From NCBI GenBank assembly GCA_016748015.1, contig JAAOMT010000591.1, positions 137,532 to 201,531 of the forward strand: a stretch of DNA of 64,000 nt, read 5' to 3'. The notes beneath the pieces were generated by a model, which saw only the letters and a program-made list of their open reading frames with translations, did not search any database and was not told where the DNA came from. Every line of letters starts with the position of its first letter. Within the stretch, counting starts at the first letter, position 1. Below, piece by piece: positions 1 through 9,520 of the stretch. A program made the position numbers and the translations under genes. The stretch is from Geosiphon pyriformis uo1 (lineage: Eukaryota > Fungi > Glomeromycota).

Positions 1-994
1 ACCTTTTAACAGAGTTGGAATTGATTTAGTCAGACCATTACCTATCACAACCCAAGGAAATTGTTATATTGCAGTTGCAGTGGATTATCTTACCAAATGG
101 CTTGAAGCTAGAGCCATCCAAAGAACAGATGCAAAATCAGTAGCAAATTTCATCTATGAAGACATTATCTGTAGACATGGATGCCCAATTGAACTCTTAT
201 CTGATCAAGGAACACATTTTGTGAACAACTTGATACAAGAAATTTGTGAATGGTTCAATGTCAAAAGACCTCTATTATCATCTTATTACCCTCAAACAAA
301 TGGACTTGTAGAACATTTCAACAGAACATTGTGTGAATCTCTAGCCAAAGTCTCAACAGACTTTGAGCAGGAATGGGATATTTTTATTCCATCAATGTTA
401 CTAGCATACAGAACACTAAAACAAGATACTACAAAACACATACCATTTGATCTTACTTATAGAAGAACAGCAACATTACCAATTAATTTTACAGTGGAAA
501 CATACCCAGTGCAACCAATCAATGAAGAAAACTTTCAAGAGACACTCAAAAGAAGAGTCTACACTTTTTTTAGTACACTGGAAGGAAAAAGAAGAATAGC
601 AGCAACTTATATTGAACATTCCCAAGCTCAACAAAAAGAAAGACATAACAACAAATTACCACCTATTACCAACGAATTTAAAGTTGGAAATAAAGTTCTC
701 TTACACAGAACTAAGGCTGAAAAACAATGGAGTGGGAAATTTGAAAACAAATGGGATGGACTATTTTAGATTCACGAAATTCTAGACAATAGATTATATA
801 AGTTAAGACTTGATGACAAAATATTAGCAAAAGTTGCACATAGAGACAAATTGAAACACTATTATTCCAGAAACAATCCTGAACCATTAATTCCACAAAT
901 TGGTATACATTCCCCTTTAATTAATCCTGAAGATATTTCCCGAAATTTAGAACCAATAATTATAATAGAACAACAACCAAACTTAAACACTTAA
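1..994 (+). pseudogene. int: Integrase of E1 (5' end outside window; premature TAG at 767-769)
   Basis: GIDLV, DYLTKW, SDQGTHF and QTNGLVE-FNRTL DDE core, then KWDGLF (GPF module). The frame continues to NLEPIIIIEQQPNLNT* at 992-994. No chromodomain seen. Confidence 0.92.
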
Positions 995-1136
995 ATTTTA
1001 CAATAATTCTCTACTAAAAACACAAAGACAAAAATAGTAAATAATTACAAAACACTCAAACCCAAAAACAAATAAAAACCCCATATCCAAAAATAATTTT
1101 TTTTATTCTCTCTTTTCATAATTAGTCAATTTTATC

Positions 1137-1844
1137 ATGATTATTCTCCGAAATATTCAACAAATATCCCAAAAATTAATGTTAGCCTTGAAAACACTTC
1201 CTAACTTATCTATAACAATTAATGGAAGTCAAATTAATTACATTCAGAAAGAAACCACAGCCCTAGTAGCAAATCATTTACAAAACTATCACCCCTATAG
1301 AAGAAAAACAAGAAGTCATTCTGAGAATAAATTACCAAGACTTTTGAAGCAGGCACTAGAAGAAAATTTTTTAATTGCTCCTATTGACATTTTACCAAAT
1401 GCTACAATACAACAAAAACTTCTATTACTTCTTAATAAACAGAACAATAAACACACCCCTATCTATAAATACTTTCAAATTGGAAAAACACTTTATGAAC
1501 GAAAACTGGAACTTGAAGCAACAAATCTCACTCCTGAAGTTATACAAAAACAAATCCACAATGAATTCAAAACAGCAGCTGGACCAATAAACACTTGCTA
1601 CAGACTTAGAGCAGCTCTTAGACTCTATGACTTGTTTAATACTTGTGAAAATGTTCTACAAAATCCAATATTGCAACCAATGAAAGTCCAATACATTGGC
1701 AAACTTACAGAACTGAAATTTCAACAATTTTCAGACCAAATTACTTCAATTATTTTAGATCACTATCTCAATATTACAGATAGTGCTTGGACTTCGATGG
1801 AACTCAGTCTTGAGGAAGAGATTATGTTACCAGTAGAATTTTAG
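1137..1844 (+). CDS. ORF3 of family A: accessory protein of unknown function between integrase and PPT
   Basis: Open 235-aa frame. YKYFQIGKTL and RAALRLYDLF...YIGKLT align with the family B ORF3s. Confidence 0.8.
   Translation: MIILRNIQQISQKLMLALKTLPNLSITINGSQINYIQKETTALVANHLQNYHPYRRKTRSHSENKLPRLLKQALEENFLIAPIDILPNATIQQKLLLLLNKQNNKHTPIYKYFQIGKTLYERKLELEATNLTPEVIQKQIHNEFKTAAGPINTCYRLRAALRLYDLFNTCENVLQNPILQPMKVQYIGKLTELKFQQFSDQITSIILDHYLNITDSAWTSMELSLEEEIMLPVEF
1811..1824 (+). promoter_or_regulatory. Polypurine tract of E1
   Basis: TGAGGAAGAGATTA immediately before the LTR start TGTTAC. Confidence 0.8.
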
Positions 1845-2785
1845 CTATTAATTAGCATGAAATTACTCTTATAATTCCTATAATTCATTAGTATATTAAT
1901 ATTATTTCGAATTATCATTTATTATTTAATCAATTATCACATATCACGATTCAATTAAAATAATCTAATTAGTATAACAGAAAGTAGGATGATCGAATTA
2001 CACAATACTCTGAACTTTGTAACATTCAAAAATTCGCCGAAATTTACAGAAATTCGCCGAAATTATGAATAATTCACCCAAATTAATCAATAGTTCAGCG
2101 AAATAACTTGTAGTTCATCAAAATGTATCTTTAGTTTGCCAAAATTTGAGCGAAGAGAAAAAGTGCAAGTTCATAGACTAGTACTACAACAAGTTGTATA
2201 AAAGAAGAGCTTTTCTCTTCTGGAAAATGTATCTTACTTTAGATTTATCACTTAGAACCATTCCTACACACACAAAAAGAAATAAATATCAAATAATTTG
2301 AAAAACCAAATTCTTTAAATTATTGCACTCAAAACCCAACTAACGTTTTGAAATTGATTAGCTACCAATTTCAGTAAACTGTTAGTGACTTCAGACCTGG
2401 ATAGAAAACGTTTCTCTTGACAAAATTCTATTTTTTTTACATTTTTTTTATTTTTCTTTTCTTTTCTTATTACAATTATTAGGGTAGCCTACAGACAAAA
2501 TTCCTGTAGAAGAGTTGACTTTTACAGCAAAGTAACTATACATTTTAGTGAGCTTTCAGACGAGCAATTCCTGGGAAAAAGTTGATGTTTACTACAACAT
2601 AACTACATAAAGTAACTGGCATGGAATTGGCCATTCCACTTATAAGCCCAGCAAGTTCAAATTATAGAAGATAATTTGAAGATAAATTCAGTTATTGGAG
2701 GTTCAACTACTTTCTGAGAATGTGAATTCACAGCAAATCAACATTACCAACATTTAAGAAAAGAGACCAAAAACCTCCGGTAACA
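1825..2785 (+). repeat. 3' LTR of E1 (family A, 961 bp)
   Basis: TGTTAC...GTAACA termini, TATA-like GTATAAAA near 2196, and colinearity with the reverse complement of 55304-56273. Confidence 0.92.
2031..2147 (+). repeat. Family A U3 array with ~20-bp period, core AATTCGCCGAAATT
   Basis: Two exact cores at 2031 and 2051, then degenerate units, upstream of the TATA-like site. Confidence 0.8.
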
Positions 2786-2824
2786 ACCTTCTCAAAATTT
2801 TCTGAGATCATTAAGATAACTTTC

Positions 2825-4975
2825 ATGTCTGAATCAAACCTGACTCAGGTCTTTAAAAAGGCTAAGAAGATAAAAATCTTGGTAAACACTAATTTTAAAA
2901 AAAATACTGGTCATTTAAATCGGATTATAGTAGTAAAAGAAATCCCAATTGAAATGTCTGTTAAGACTGTGTATGCTGTGCTTTCCAAGTTTGGTATAAT
3001 TAAGTCAATTAAAATACAGTTGATAAAACTATGGCAAAGACTGTAGTTGAGTTTGAGCAATTGGATTATGCTGATTTGGTCACAGCAAATTGGTCTATCT
3101 TAATTAGAAAAAATGCTGTGTGTATTGCTAAGGTGAATTTAGACAAAAAATTATGGAATGTTAGGAATTATCATAGGGTGCTGCTCTATATACTGTTTGT
3201 GAGAACTAATGCTTATGACATCTGAAACTTTATTGGTTTTGTGAGTGGGAAAACATGCATTATTGATTGTCATTCAGTTTCATATGTTCAGATCAGATGT
3301 GTTATTATTTGTTTTGACTCTGCTAAATCATTAGATACTACTATGGAAATCATGTCAGTACTGAAAAAAGTTACCTTGCACTGGTCCCATCTGAATTTTG
3401 TCAAGTGTGCCAAATATAAGAAATTTGGTCATATGTTATTGAACTGTGTCTTGGATGGGAATAATTCTTCTAATAGCCTATTTTATAAAGTGCTGTTAAA
3501 GACAGATAAAAGCAGATTGGAATTCATCTATGCCAAATGTTCAGTGCCAATAACTTGTTCTGTTTTTTTAGTGGTGTTTTTTAAGCAAAAGTCATTAGTA
3601 GGTTCTCTTTTTTTTTTTCTATTAGTAATAGTTTGTCAAATTTTGGCTTTTTTTTAAAGTAAAACCTATTCTGCTGTTACGGATAATTATTTGGGGTCTT
3701 AAATCAAATAACAAACCTGTAACTTGGTGCTTAATATGTATATAGTTGATGATTTTTGTAGGTTTTGGTTATCTAAAAATATTGGTTGAGTTCTTTATAT
3801 AATGAACAGAAATTCAATGTTGATATTTTAATGTAATATTTCTAGTTTTCTTCTCCAACTCTTGAGTTGATATGTTTTAGTGTTTATAACCTCCCAGAAT
3901 GGTTATTCTATCAAATTTTTTTCTTCAGTGTAATGGCTGGTTTATTCTGGCAGTTATGTTCTTCTGATAAGCTATGTATTAATTTATAAATTTTATATCT
4001 TTATTTCTGGGTTTTTTACCAGACTATCCTTGATGTCAATAACTTAGCACTTAATCTTTTTAATCAATTTAGTAAACAACAAAATAAAAAAAAATAAAAT
4101 AAAAAAAATAAAAAAAAATAAAAAAATAAAGAAAATAAAATAAAAAATAAAAAATAAGTGTTCTGTCAATAGCCATGATTAAGAACTATTGTGCCAGCAA
4201 GTTAAGTAATGAATAATAACATAGATTTGAAGAATTGAAGATATATTTTATTGATATAATTTCATTTTAGTTGATAGCAACTATCTTTAAATGGAAAAGT
4301 ATTTAATAATTATGACATGTGAGTCTAATTGACTCTAGGAGTCTAAGAGTCTAATTGACTAATTTTCTAGCTTTTGATACTATTGCTATATATACATAAA
4401 TTTTATTGTACAAGATTTCTTGAATTTCTTAATTCTCTAGCCAAGAATTCTGAAATTCCAGAAATCTTGTAATTACTTATATGAGAATCCTGTAATTCTG
4501 GAATCCTGCAATTCTTCTAAGAGAAATTCTGAAATTTCACTTTTATTATATCTATTCTGATTGGCTAATTTATGTACTAATATTTAATTTTTATATTTTA
4601 TAAATAATACTGCTGGTGTTTATGAGATTAAATAATAGGTTTGCTGTTCTTGAATACAGTTTTGCTAGCTTTGTAGAGCATATTAATAAGCTGGCTAAGA
4701 GATTAGACACATTCAGGCTATTGGTTTCCTAGCTTAATCCTGGATGTTAGTTGTTGGTAACCCTTTTATCACAGAATCAAGAGATGGATATGGTAATAAG
4801 TAAGAGTTCAAATGTGATCATTAGTAGTAAAACTGTTGCAGGAGCAGTGATTTTTGATCAATTTGTAATTTCCAAATTGGAAATAACTTTGAACAATTTT
4901 TCAGTTACTGTTATAAGCCTACTGGCCAAAGTGAACAATACTGGTTTGGTGTTTGATACTTGTTCCTCTCAATAA
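2825..4975 (+). pseudogene. LINE ORF1 (RRM-like + zinc knuckle), split by the solo LTR at 3675-4609
   Basis: VVKEIPI...VLSKFGIIKSIK, VVEFE and KCAKYKKFGHMLLNC. The frame resumes after 4613 and ends SSQ*. Confidence 0.75.
3675..4609 (-). repeat. Solo LTR, family B-related (935 bp), TSD CTGC
   Basis: TGTTAC...(decayed) ATAATA termini, CTGC at 3671-3674 and 4610-4613, and homology to family B LTRs. The LINE continues on both sides. Confidence 0.9.
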
Positions 4976-5299
4976 CAAATCTTATTTGAAAAATTGCTAC
5001 TTGTAATATTAGAGGCATTAATGTTTCCATTAAGCAAGAAGATGTAGTGTGGTGGCATGTGGACTCTGGCAATATAGTTTCTATTATTACTGAAACAAAA
5101 TTGAGATCTGGCATTAGGTTTTGGATTATGAATAAGTTTGAAAAAGTGCAGATTTTTTCATGTGGTTTGGACAAGAGTTTTTTTGGTCCTGAGATGGCTA
5201 TTGTTATGAACAATTTTTTGGTTCATTATGTCTTTAAAATTAAAAAAGTTTCTAGTCAGGTAATTTTGGTGTGGTTTTTCTTTAAGGGCAAGTTATCAA
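4972..5299 (+). pseudogene. LINE ORF2 N-terminus (APE endonuclease)
   Basis: KIATCNIRGIN and SIITETKL motifs typical of EEP/APE domains. Confidence 0.85.
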
Positions 5300-5510
5300 T
5301 ATTACAGGTAAACTTGGAGTAGAGAAATGGTAATATTTGGTGCTCTTAATTATTAGTAATACATGTTTTGCATAATTTTATTGACTTAGTCTTGATTATC
5401 AGTCTATAAAAGTCTTATCTACTGGTTGTAAATTTACCTATTGAGTTTTTTGGTTATAAGGCATAGAGGTTTGATTGCAACTTCTTATAAATGTGAACTA
5501 TCTTTTTTGA
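5300..5510 (-). repeat. U5 end of an LTR from a third family (C), truncated by the E2 LTR
   Basis: The LINE stops abruptly at TATTACAGG (a decayed TGTTAC terminus). The fragment carries an anti-PBS motif like family B U5 but is otherwise unalignable by eye. Confidence 0.6.
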
Positions 5511-6336
5511 TGTTACAGATGATTATTTGGAGTCTCAAATCAAATAACAAACCTGTAACTTGGTACTCAATTGATAATATAATGATGTTGGTATCTAAAG
5601 GTTTTAATTGTTTGAAGTTTTTGGTTGAGTCTTTTGTATAATGGACAGAGATTCAATGATTGTTTTCAGTAGCCTTCCGAAATCACAATTCTGTCAATTC
5701 TTTTTTTGGCTTAATGGCTGGCAATTTTCTAGTAAGCAATTTGTATTTCTTATATGTTTTACCCACTTATAAGAGTTTTTTATCAGGTAATTCTTGATGT
5801 TAATAACTTAGTGCTTTATTCTATAATCAATTAGTTAACAACAAAAAATAACAAAAATAAAAGAAAAAAAAGAAATAAGCCAAAGCAATAAATGTTAGTA
5901 TCTCATTAATAGCCATAATCAAGAGCTATTGTTCTAGTGTGGTTAAGTATTAGTTACTATTAACATAAAGTGTTGATAGTGAAAAGTAAATTAAGATAAC
6001 AAATAATTATTTATTGATATTTGTGAATTAGAATGTTGCTTAGATAAAATCTAAACAGAAAAGTCTGTTTTTTCTACTTTTAATATTACTATTATATATA
6101 CATAATTGAGATTCCTCAATTTTTCAATTTTTTATCTCAAAAATTCTGGAATTTCTGGAATCCTGCAATTTTTTTGAGAGGAATTCTGCAATTCTGCAAT
6201 TCTTTGTACAAAAATTCTGAAATTCCTGGAATCCTGCAATTTCTTTGAGAGAAATTCTGAAATTCTATATTTACTATGATTACTTCTGATTGGCTAATTT
6301 ATATGCTAATATACTTTCTATATTCTATAAGTAATA
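5511..6336 (-). repeat. 3' LTR of E2 (U3 type B2, GGAATTCC-rich)
   Basis: TGTTAC...GTAATA termini, with an adjacent PPT complement TTATTCTCTCTTTT at 6337-6350. Confidence 0.9.
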
Positions 6337-6350
6337 TTATTCTCTCTTTT

Positions 6351-6979
6351 TTAATATTGAGCTTCATTAAAATCTTTAATTCTAATTCTCTGTTTTTGAG
6401 TATTTCTTGAACTTCTTTTTTGAAAATTACTTGTGTTATTTTGTTCTATAATTCTTCAAATTGGGCATTGGTTATTTTTTCTATTTAGTTGATAGTAATG
6501 AAATTTATTGTTGGATTGAGTAAAATTTTTGATTGGTCTTGAAATCCAATTTGTAATCAATAGATGGTTTATGCTTATGTGATTAGATTGTTTTTTCTCA
6601 CAAATTGTTCAAGTTGTTGTAATATTTCTGGGTTGAATAATCACTTTGTCTTATCTATATATAAGTTTTAAATATTCAGATGTTATTCCAAGTAGTAATA
6701 ACAAAAGTTTCTTTGAAATTATTGTATCTACCAATTCCATATTTTTATCATTAATTTTTGATATAGTACACCTTCTGTTTGTATTTTTATTACTACTTTT
6801 ATTTTTGTTATTATCTTATCAATAGTATTTTCTGATTTTCTTTGTTTTTTGTGTTAAGGTTTTTTCTTTGTATTTTTATATCAAATGGTTTGTTAGTTAA
6901 TAGTAATTTCCATATTCTGTTGTTAAATCATTTGGAAGAGTTGTTGTGCCAGTATGTATATATTGTCGGTAATTTCTAT
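6351..6979 (-). pseudogene. ORF3 of E2 (variant B2)
   Basis: Homologous to 46367-47005. Start decayed to ATA, ends ...AQY*, with a TATA box upstream near 7010. Confidence 0.8.
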
Positions 6980-7032
6980 TTTTTTGATATCTTTTGTCAT
7001 GTGCTGATTCCTTATATAATGTTTTTGAAGTC

Positions 7033-8391
7033 TTAATTTAATATGTTTGGTTTAATAATTATAATTAATTCCAGATTTTGTGAAATCTCATCTGTTTGGA
7101 TTAGTATTTGTTGTACTCTTAGTTGTGGAATATGATTAGTAAATTATAATACTATATGGTAATATGATTTCAATTGATCACTATGTGTTGTTTTGGCTAA
7201 GATTTTGTTGTCTTATCTTAATTTATAAGCTTCATTTCCAAGAATTTTTTTTATGTAAAATGGTCTATTCCATTGTTTTTCTGCTTTGATATGATATAAA
7301 AGTACTTTGTCTCTAATCTTGAATTCAACTGGTTTATTTGGTAGTTGGTTATTGTGTCTTTTTTTTTGTTTTTCTTGTAACTTTTGGATGTTATCAGCTG
7401 CTTTTTGCCATTTGTTTTCTAATGTCTTCATTAAGTCATATGTTTTTTTCAACAATGTTCTTTGAAAATTCTCTTCTGTTATTGGTTCTGTTAAATATGT
7501 TCTGACTTCTATCTCAACTGGTAATATTGCTGTTCTACCATATACTAATTCAAATAGTGTTGCTTGTATAGTGTTTTGCTTTATTGTCCAGTAAGCAAAT
7601 AATACTGATGATATGAACAAAGCTCATTCGTCCTGGTTTTCTTGGCTAATCTTGGCTATTGCTTCACACAGTGTTCTGTTAAATCTTTTAACTAACCCAT
7701 TTGTTTGTGGATGGTATAGTAATGATAATAGTCTTTTTATCCCAAATCTTTGACTTAATTCTGCCAATATTCTATTTACAAAGTGAGTTTCTTGATCTGA
7801 TAGTAGTTCTTTTGAACATCTATATTAACAGATCAAATCTTGATAAACAAATTTAGCAACAGATTTTGCATCTGCTCTTTAAATGGCTTTTGTTTTTGGC
7901 CATTTTGTAAGATAATCCATGGCTACTGCAATATATTTGTTGCCTCTGTTGGTAATTGTTAATGGTCTGACTAAGTCAATTCCAATATGATTAAATAGTT
8001 GTTTTACTTTAATTGGTTTTAATGGTTCATTGGGTTTTGTTTCTTCTTTTCTTTAATAAGCATTACAATTTTGCACATATTGGGTAATATCTGGATACAT
8101 TAATGGCCAATAGTATCTTTTTCTGGTTCTTTCTATAATTGTTTCTTTGTAAAAATGTCTTGCTGTTGGATCTAAATACATGTTAAATAATATTGTTTCT
8201 TTCTTTGAATCTGTAATTACTTTGGTTGATTGATCTGAATTTCTTTTATTTTTCTGTTAAAGTATATTTTGATGGTTGATAAAATATTTTGATTGCTGTT
8301 TTATGCTGTTTTGTTCTTTTTAAGATAATTTTTTCTTGAACAATTGGGTGTTTATATAATGTTAGAGTTGTTGATATTTTTGTATATTTAT
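7033..8391 (-). pseudogene. int: Integrase ORF of E2
   Basis: Remnants of the HHCC finger, DDE core and GPF module (ORF 7213-7620). Confidence 0.88.
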
Positions 8392-8597
8392 CTTTTGTTA
8401 TATTTTTGAGTTGAAATGTTTTTTTTTTTTTAGATTTGTTTTATTTATAACAATCCATTGGCATTTCCGTTTTTTTTTTCTTTTTTATAATGTACCATAT
8501 AATTAAATAGTGAAAGTTTTATTTTCCATTTGACATGGCAATTGTCTTCAAATTCTTGCTTTTGGATTGAAATTAATTCTTTATGATTAATATACAT

Positions 8598-9460
8598 TGT
8601 TACTTATAGAAAAAAACAGATATAGGAAAATAGTAGACCAATAGGAGAATAGTATATAGCACATGAGCATATTGCTCAGCAATGTAGAGCAATGATAGAA
8701 ATCATGGCACATTATTTAGCAATGTGGAGCAATGTCAGAAAACATGGCACATTGCTCAGCAATGTGGAGTAATGTTAGAAAATGAGAGCACATCACTCAG
8801 CAATATGAGCATTGCTCAAAAAATTATAGCACATTGCTCAGGAATGTGAGTAATCTTGTAGAACATTAATTATGTATATATAGTAATAGCGTTAGAAGTA
8901 GAAAGAGCAGAATCCATCAGTTAGAAACTTTTCACATCACAAATATCAATAAATAATTATTTATTATCTTAATCCACTCTTCACTATCAACACTTCATGT
9001 TGATAGTAATTGATACTTAACCCCACAGGAACAATAGCTCTTGATCATGACTATTAATGGAATACTAACTTGTGCATTGTCTTGGCTCCTTTCTTTATTT
9101 TTCTTTTCTTTTATTTTCTTTTTTTTCTTTGATTTCTATTGTTGTATACTAATTGATTGAGGATTAAAAGTGCTGAGATATAGACATCATAGTGACTGGT
9201 AAAAGACCCATAAAACAAGGGTAGAACACTTATAGATTTGAGGATAGCTTACCAGAAGAATTACTGGCCATTATGCTGAGAAAAAAATTTGATAAAACTG
9301 CAGTTTCAGGAAGCTACAAATAAACCCATCAATTAACTCTCTGTCCATTATACAAAAAACTCCACAACAAAACCTTCAGATATCAACACTAGAATACCAA
9401 TCAAGCACCACATTATGGATTTGTTATTTAACCTGAGATCCCAAATAATCATCTGTAACA
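8598..9460 (+). repeat. 5' LTR of E3 (U3 type B1)
   Basis: TGTTAC...GTAACA termini, CCAAT near 8638, TATATATA near 8875 and AATAAA near 8948. Confidence 0.95.
8667..8850 (+). repeat. B1 U3 array: ~40-bp units containing the palindrome CATTGCT-C-AGCAATG
   Basis: The unit GCACATTGCTCAGCAATGTGGAGCAATGTCAGAAAACATG occurs about 3.5 times, plus partial units. Also present in the LTRs at 17864, 35497 and 44739, and in shorter form at 24744. Confidence 0.9.
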
Positions 9461-9479
9461 TTTGGTGCTCCCTGTGAGA
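9461..9479 (+). promoter_or_regulatory. Primer-binding site of E3 (elongator tRNA-Met or tRNA-Ile(UAU)-like)
   Basis: TT-TGGTGCTCCCTGTGAG right after the LTR, complementary to a ...GAGCA-CCA tRNA 3' end. tRNA identity not verified. Confidence 0.85.
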
Positions 9480-9520
9480 TATAATCCTACAGAGAACCAG
9501 CATCAACAAATAAATCAACA

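Larger units (their letters stand above)
1..2785 (+). mobile_element. E1: 3' part of a Ty3/Gypsy LTR retrotransposon, family A (integrase, ORF3, PPT, 3' LTR)
   Basis: Integrase core with GPF-type module, an extra ORF, a purine tract, then a TGTTAC...GTAACA-bounded LTR homologous to 55304-56273. Confidence 0.93.
2786..5299 (+). mobile_element. Degenerate non-LTR retrotransposon (LINE) fragment, interrupted by a solo LTR and cut at 5299
   Basis: RRM-like ORF1 with a decayed CCHC knuckle, followed by the N-terminus of an APE endonuclease. Confidence 0.85.

Noticed and set aside
1137-1844. ORF3 as an env gene
   Set aside because: It occupies the env position, but it is short and hydrophilic, with no evident signal peptide or transmembrane anchor.
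5300-5346. A 37-bp mini-LTR plus PBS on the plus strand
   Set aside because: No second copy or internal region is present. It is more simply read as a minus-strand U5 end carrying the anti-PBS.
8667-8850. Palindromic 40-bp repeats resembling a CRISPR array
   Set aside because: The inter-palindrome segments are near-identical rather than unique spacers. The array lies in LTR U3 and there are no cas genes.
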